Shown piece after piece: positions 59,527 through 64,000 of a stretch of DNA of 64,000 nucleotides. The stretch's first letter is position 1; each line of letters begins with the position of its first letter. The notes beneath the pieces are model-generated. The model saw nothing but the letters and a program-made list of their open reading frames with translations, was not told where the DNA came from and searched no databases. The translations under genes and the position numbers were made by a program. Source of the DNA: Gracilinanus agilis (lineage: Eukaryota); the NCBI RefSeq assembly GCF_016433145.1, contig NC_058133.1, positions 33,147,527 through 33,211,526 of the forward strand. Reading direction: 5' to 3'.

Positions 59527-59727
59527 GGGGCAGCTAGGTAGCTCAATGGATTGAGAGCCAGGCCTAGAGATGGGGAGGTCCTAGGTTCAAATCTGGCCTC
59601 AGACACTTCCCAGCTATGTGATCCTGGGCAAGTCACTTAACCTCCCATTGCCTAGCCCTTACCACTCTTCTGCCTCAGAACTACTGCATAGTATTGATTC
59701 TAAGGTGGAAGGTAAGGGTTTAAAAAA
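59527..59727 (+). mobile_element. CORE-SINE immediately upstream of the TESK2 exon 2 acceptor
   Basis: Full body; TSD AAAATAGTTTTT. Confidence 0.9.
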
Positions 59728-59842
59728 TAGTTTTTTACTCTTTTTTTTTGTTTTAATTTCAAACCAGGATAGAAAAACTCAACAAGAATCTAAGATGTGA
59801 AGAGACCCTTCTCAAAAGAAGAAAAAAGTGATCATTGGGACT

Positions 59843-60064
59843 ATGGATCGGAGCAAACGGAATTCCATTGCAGGATTTCCTCCCCGCTTAGAGCGCCTGG
59901 AAGATTTGGAAGGGGGCAGTGGAGGGGATGGAAATGTGGCCCAGATGGGAAGAGTGTGGCCATCTTCATATCGGGCTCTCATAAGTGCCTTTTCTAGACT
60001 TACACGTTTAGATGACTTTACCCGGGAAAAGATTGGATCCGGCTTCTTCTCTGAAGTGTTCAAG
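59843..60064 (+). CDS. TESK2: Testis-associated actin-remodelling kinase 2, first coding exon (exon 59768-60064; 74 codons); rest of gene lies beyond the window
   Basis: [74 protein letters not shown] includes the kinase Gly-rich loop (IGSGFFSEV); strong Kozak ACTATGG; acceptor CAG at 59765-59767 after a pyrimidine tract; donor AAG|GTGAGT. Confidence 0.95.
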
Positions 60065-60243
60065 GTGAGTGAATGTCTGTAACATCATCTTAAGCACTCT
60101 GCTGAGCAGCATCATTGCAAAAGGTAGACAGATATATCTTTCAGGACTTTTCCATTTGTTCTTAGTTATGGCATGGGCTTTAATTAGGGTGACTACGGTA
60201 GCTGCTGAGAAAGAATTTTCTCAAAAAGAAGAAACTCATTCTT

Positions 60244-60435
60244 CTTCTTTTTTTTTTTAAACCCTTGTACTTCGGTGTATTGTCTCATAGGTGGAAGAGA
60301 GGTAAGGGTGGGCAATGGGGGTCAAGTGACCTGCCCAGGGTCACACAGCTGGGAAGTGGCTGAGGCTGGGTTTGAACCTAGGACCTCCTGTCTCTAGGCC
60401 TGACTCTCACTCCACTGAGCTACCCAGCTGCCCCC
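60244..60435 (-). mobile_element. Very young CORE-SINE in TESK2 intron 2
   Basis: Nearly identical to the copy at 33138-33333; TSD AGAAACTCATTCTT on both sides. Confidence 0.93.
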
Positions 60436-60778
60436 AGAAACTCATTCTTAATGACATAAGGCTTTTATTTTTGGAAATAAATGGGCATTAGAGAAAATAG
60501 GTAAGTGGCAGAATGGAAAATTTGGCCCACTTTGATTTTATAATTGCTATTATGGGACATTCAGAATATTAGCACAGGTAAGTCTGTGGGTGGATAGGAT
60601 GGGTAGTGGAGAAATTTGGGAGAGCACTTGATGAATCGGTCTGTATGCTGATGTGCTTGGGAAAAACAGTCTATTAGGACCTACATACATACATAAGAGT
60701 GAAGCCTCTTTTTGTGGGAGAAGAGTAAGAGAAAAGAAGGGGACAGAGGGGAATTGGCTCAATATTGGCTCATTATTA

Positions 60779-61391
60779 TGTCCAGGTCTGGTGGTTCTAG
60801 GTTTCCTTTTTGTCCTTCCTTCTAGTGTGGTCCATCCATTTATAGCAAATAGTCACTCAGAATGCAATAAAAACCAGGCTGTCTTTATCTGGTGACAAAA
60901 CTCATTATAAAAGTATAGACCACGAGGAAGCAAGATTTAAAGGGAGCAGGAAACTCCAGTGGATAAGGGATGCCTCTTTGCTAGGAAAAGGAAGGGAAAA
61001 AGTGGAGATGGCATAAATTTGCTCTCTCTATATTAAATAAAGTCTAGGGAAATCTCTCCTTAATTGGGTTAGTGAATTAGACAGAGCTCTAGCTGACCAT
61101 GATTGTAGTCATTCTGGGGTAATATGTTCTTCCTTTGCAATTGGCTGGTCATTGGTCTGGTGTGCTCCTTAACCCTTGAGAACTCCAGAGTTCCTGGGCT
61201 TCCCCCCAACCAATAGGACTTCTGTCTCCTATGATCCTTCAATCCTTCTGGATAGAAAAACCCCTATACTATAAGGGGCTATTGGGGTAAAGTTTGAGTG
61301 GCCCTACATCTGTATGTCAATACTGTTTCTGGATTTAGTTTTTAAGTGGGAAGAGGAAACCTTGCTCTCTGATATCTATAAAAGGTAACAT
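60779..61391. mobile_element. Possible solo LTR
   Basis: TG...CA-bounded segment with CCAAT boxes and AATAAA; family, orientation and edges not established. Confidence 0.3.
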
Positions 61392-62518
61392 GATCTAGTG
61401 CAAAGGGCTCCAGACTTGGAGCCAGAAAATCTGGGTTTGAGTTCCATTTTGCCTATTTGTCATGTGACTGAGCAAATCACTGCTAATTCAGGCCTTTTCC
61501 AATGAATTGGTGATAAGGTATACCAAGGCATATCATATCACTATAAGGCAGTGATAGTGAACCTTTTAGAGATGGAGTCCAGGCCCTGCCTCCACCCCAC
61601 CCCTTAGATTGAGTGCCATGCCAGCCCTCCTCTACCACTAGAAACTAACTGAGTGCCTTGCCACATTCCACTCCACCCCCCATCCTTACCCCAGACAGGG
61701 GAGGGAGGAAGCGCTCCCATTGGGCTGCTGAGCAGAGAGGCAGGTGATGAGAGGTATTTGTGGAGAGGGGGAGGGGAGTGGCCTGAGTGCTCTGCTTCCC
61801 TCCAGTTCTGCTGCCTGTGGGCCCCCTACCTTACCCTCTGAGCACTCCCATTGGGCTGCTGGGCAGATGGGAGGGTGATTGAAAATTATTATCAGACATG
61901 GTGGAGGAGGGAAGGGAACAGCTCTGCCCGAGTCCCTCTGCCTTTATAGTAATGAACTCTGGAGGTAGGGGTTCGGCCCTCCTGCCCATAGAGAGTGGTC
62001 TATGTGCCATCTTTGGCACCTGTGCTATAGGTTCACCATCATTGCTATAAGATCTTAAATAAATGTTAGCTATTGTGGTAGTTTTTAAAGAGATATTCAA
62101 TCTTTTCCTTTTCTTTCTTCACCTGAAAATAGTTGAGGTTAAGATCAATTGCCAGTAGTAATTGCTTGTGACTTGAGTATATTTTTGCTTAATGAGATTT
62201 GTGGCCACTGGGCAGATCTTTATTGTGGACTACTGTTAAAATCTTGCTGACACCAAACTTGTTGCTATTTAGGCTTTCCAGTCAGTTTCTTCCTTGACTC
62301 TCCTTGGGATTTTCTTGGTAAAGATACTGGAATGTCTTGCTGTTTCCTTCTCTAGCTCATTTTATAGATGAGAAAACTGAAACCATTTATTTAGCAAATA
62401 AATTCATTATAGGGGGAACCTAGATTATTATTTTTAAAATATATTGATATCTTTTTTTAAGAACAACTTCATTTCTGCATATATCTCTCCCTCTTTTCTA
62501 CCAAGCGATCCTTCCCTT

Positions 62519-63219
62519 TGTAGGATTTAAAATTAAGGGTTTGACTGAATATATGAGAATTCTAAGATAATACTGTGGTCGGTGATTTAAAAATATTATA
62601 GCTCAAGTCAAATTGTCTTTCAGTAGCTTTATTTACAAAGAGGTGGAAAGAGTGAAAGTAGAGAAATGTAAAAGAGGGTAGAGTAAGAAGTCTAGCCTAT
62701 CACCCTAAATGTTGCTCTGGTCCTCAGCCGGGAGAATTAATCAAGGGTTCAATCCATGAGGCCTCTTCCAAGAAGGGGAGGCCTCTCTGGAACTAATCTC
62801 TTCAGAAGCCAGAAAAGGAGGGTCAGCTTCTCACTCACCCATGCTGAAGCTCCAAAGCAGAAGATCCAGGGGCAGTCTTATCAGAAGCAGTCCAAGAGCC
62901 AGTCCCCCAGGTCAAAGTCCCAAGTCATAGCTCCAAGTTGCAGTCCCAGTCCAAGATCCTCCAAACCTGAAGACCCCCTTGGACAGGAAATTTAAGACTT
63001 TTATAGTCCTTTTTCCACATCACTTCCTGTCCTTTCCTCCACTTTACGGGAGCCAATTGCAGTCTTTAAATTTGCTTAGCACTGCCTGGGGGTGGTCGAT
63101 TGCACCCACTTTTAGCAAGTGGCTTGCAGACCTCCCCTACTTAGTGTTAAGTAGGGGTGTTTTCAGTTTTTGTTGATTAATTTAAAAATATACAAGGGTG
63201 GGCGTCAATCCTATCTTCA
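62519..63219 (-). mobile_element. Solo LTR (ERV-like), antisense to TESK2
   Basis: TG...CA ends; minus-strand TATAAAAG (62998-63005) and AATAAA (62628-62633) in U3-R order; no clear TSD. Confidence 0.65.
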
Positions 63220-63371
63220 TACCATGTTAAAAAAGAATAAAAAAAAGGAGAAAAAGCAGTTTAGCAGAATGAACACATTAGTCAAGACTGATGAGATATT
63301 CATTGTTCCACACTAACATTCTTTCACCTCTGTAGGGAGAAGGAAATTGAATTTTCTCTTTCTTCTTACTA

Positions 63372-63989
63372 TGTATAAGGGGGAAAAAAAGGTTTTTATG
63401 GGTTCGGTATATTAAAAGATGGTCGCCAGAGGATCGAACTATTATCAATCCTCAATTAAGAATAATCTCAAGTCAAAATTGACTTTTATGGTGATTTATT
63501 TACAGTTAGGAAGGTTGAAGGTAGGAAAATTGAGAGAGAGAAACTCTGGTCAGGACTAGAGGTCCAGACCAGGTAAGAATTTAGAGGCCCCAGAGGGCAC
63601 AGAGGTTAATTAAACAAGGCTTCTAGCCACAAGGCCGTTTACAATTAGAGAGGCAAGAGAGGCCTCCCTGAGGCTAGAGCCTCCAGAAACACCAAGGGAA
63701 GAGAGTCAGTCAGCCTAACTTACCCACATGACAACTCAAAGGGAAGCAGTCAGAGGTCCCACCAAAGATCCTTCTACACCAAGTTCAAAACGCCAACTAC
63801 CTCCACAGGAAGTTACCATCATATTTAAAAGAGCATCTTTCGTCACTTCCTGCATCTACCTCCTAATTTGCGTGTCCAATCACAATAGACAATTCTCATA
63901 GTACTGCCTAGGGGGCAGTCAGTTGATTCTGATTGTCACCCACTCTAGCACACATGGGTTGCGGACCTCCAGAATTAGAGGTATTCTCA
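63372..63989 (-). mobile_element. Solo LTR (ERV-like), antisense to TESK2
   Basis: TG...CA ends; minus-strand TATA-like TTTAAATA near 63822 and AATAAA (63495-63500); shares CAAGTCAAA.TTG.CTTT with the neighbouring LTR; no clear TSD. Confidence 0.65.
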
Positions 63990-64000
63990 CTGTTGGTGAT

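Noticed and set aside
62756-62995. 79-aa Ser/Lys/Gln-rich ORF in TESK2 intron 2
   Set aside because: Lies within an LTR on its antisense strand; not a TESK2 kinase exon (the next should start with the VRHR...MALK region)
1-64000. CRISPR arrays, rRNA, snoRNA or prokaryote-type systems
   Set aside because: Mammalian DNA; the recurring repeats are interspersed SINEs without regular spacers, and no structured RNA gene could be supported by eye

Overview
Eukaryotic genomic DNA from a marsupial, most likely an opossum (didelphid), judged from the abundant SINE1_Mdo/Mar1-type CORE-SINEs and marsupial L1 (inference from repeat recognition). It carries the gene block syntenic with human 1p34.1: PRDX1 (+, complete, 199 aa), MMACHC (-, complete, 277 aa), CCDC163 (+, head-to-head with MMACHC; frame open through 8 exons, start and 3' exons uncertain) and the 5' part of TESK2 (+, noncoding exon 1, a 22.7-kb intron 1, first coding exon). 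All exon boundaries were read by eye from GT/AG sites and frame continuity. The rest is SINE, L1, L2, CR1, hAT MITE and LTR debris. I found no new multi-gene system. The most interesting observations are: PRDX1 has lost the Thr90-Pro91 phospho-motif; CCDC163 has no in-frame ATG ahead of its conserved N-terminal block but has a CTG in strong Kozak context; the TESK2 leader stacks three upstream starts, including a spliced 43-codon uORF; the TESK2 start exon is clamped by inverted SINEs; the MMACHC promoter has a ZNF143/THAP11-type motif containing a CpG; the epi-cblC-prone convergent PRDX1/MMACHC geometry is conserved; and an L1 carries a 25-bp templated insertion copied from about 1 kb away. 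Comparisons to human proteins are from memory and need database confirmation.
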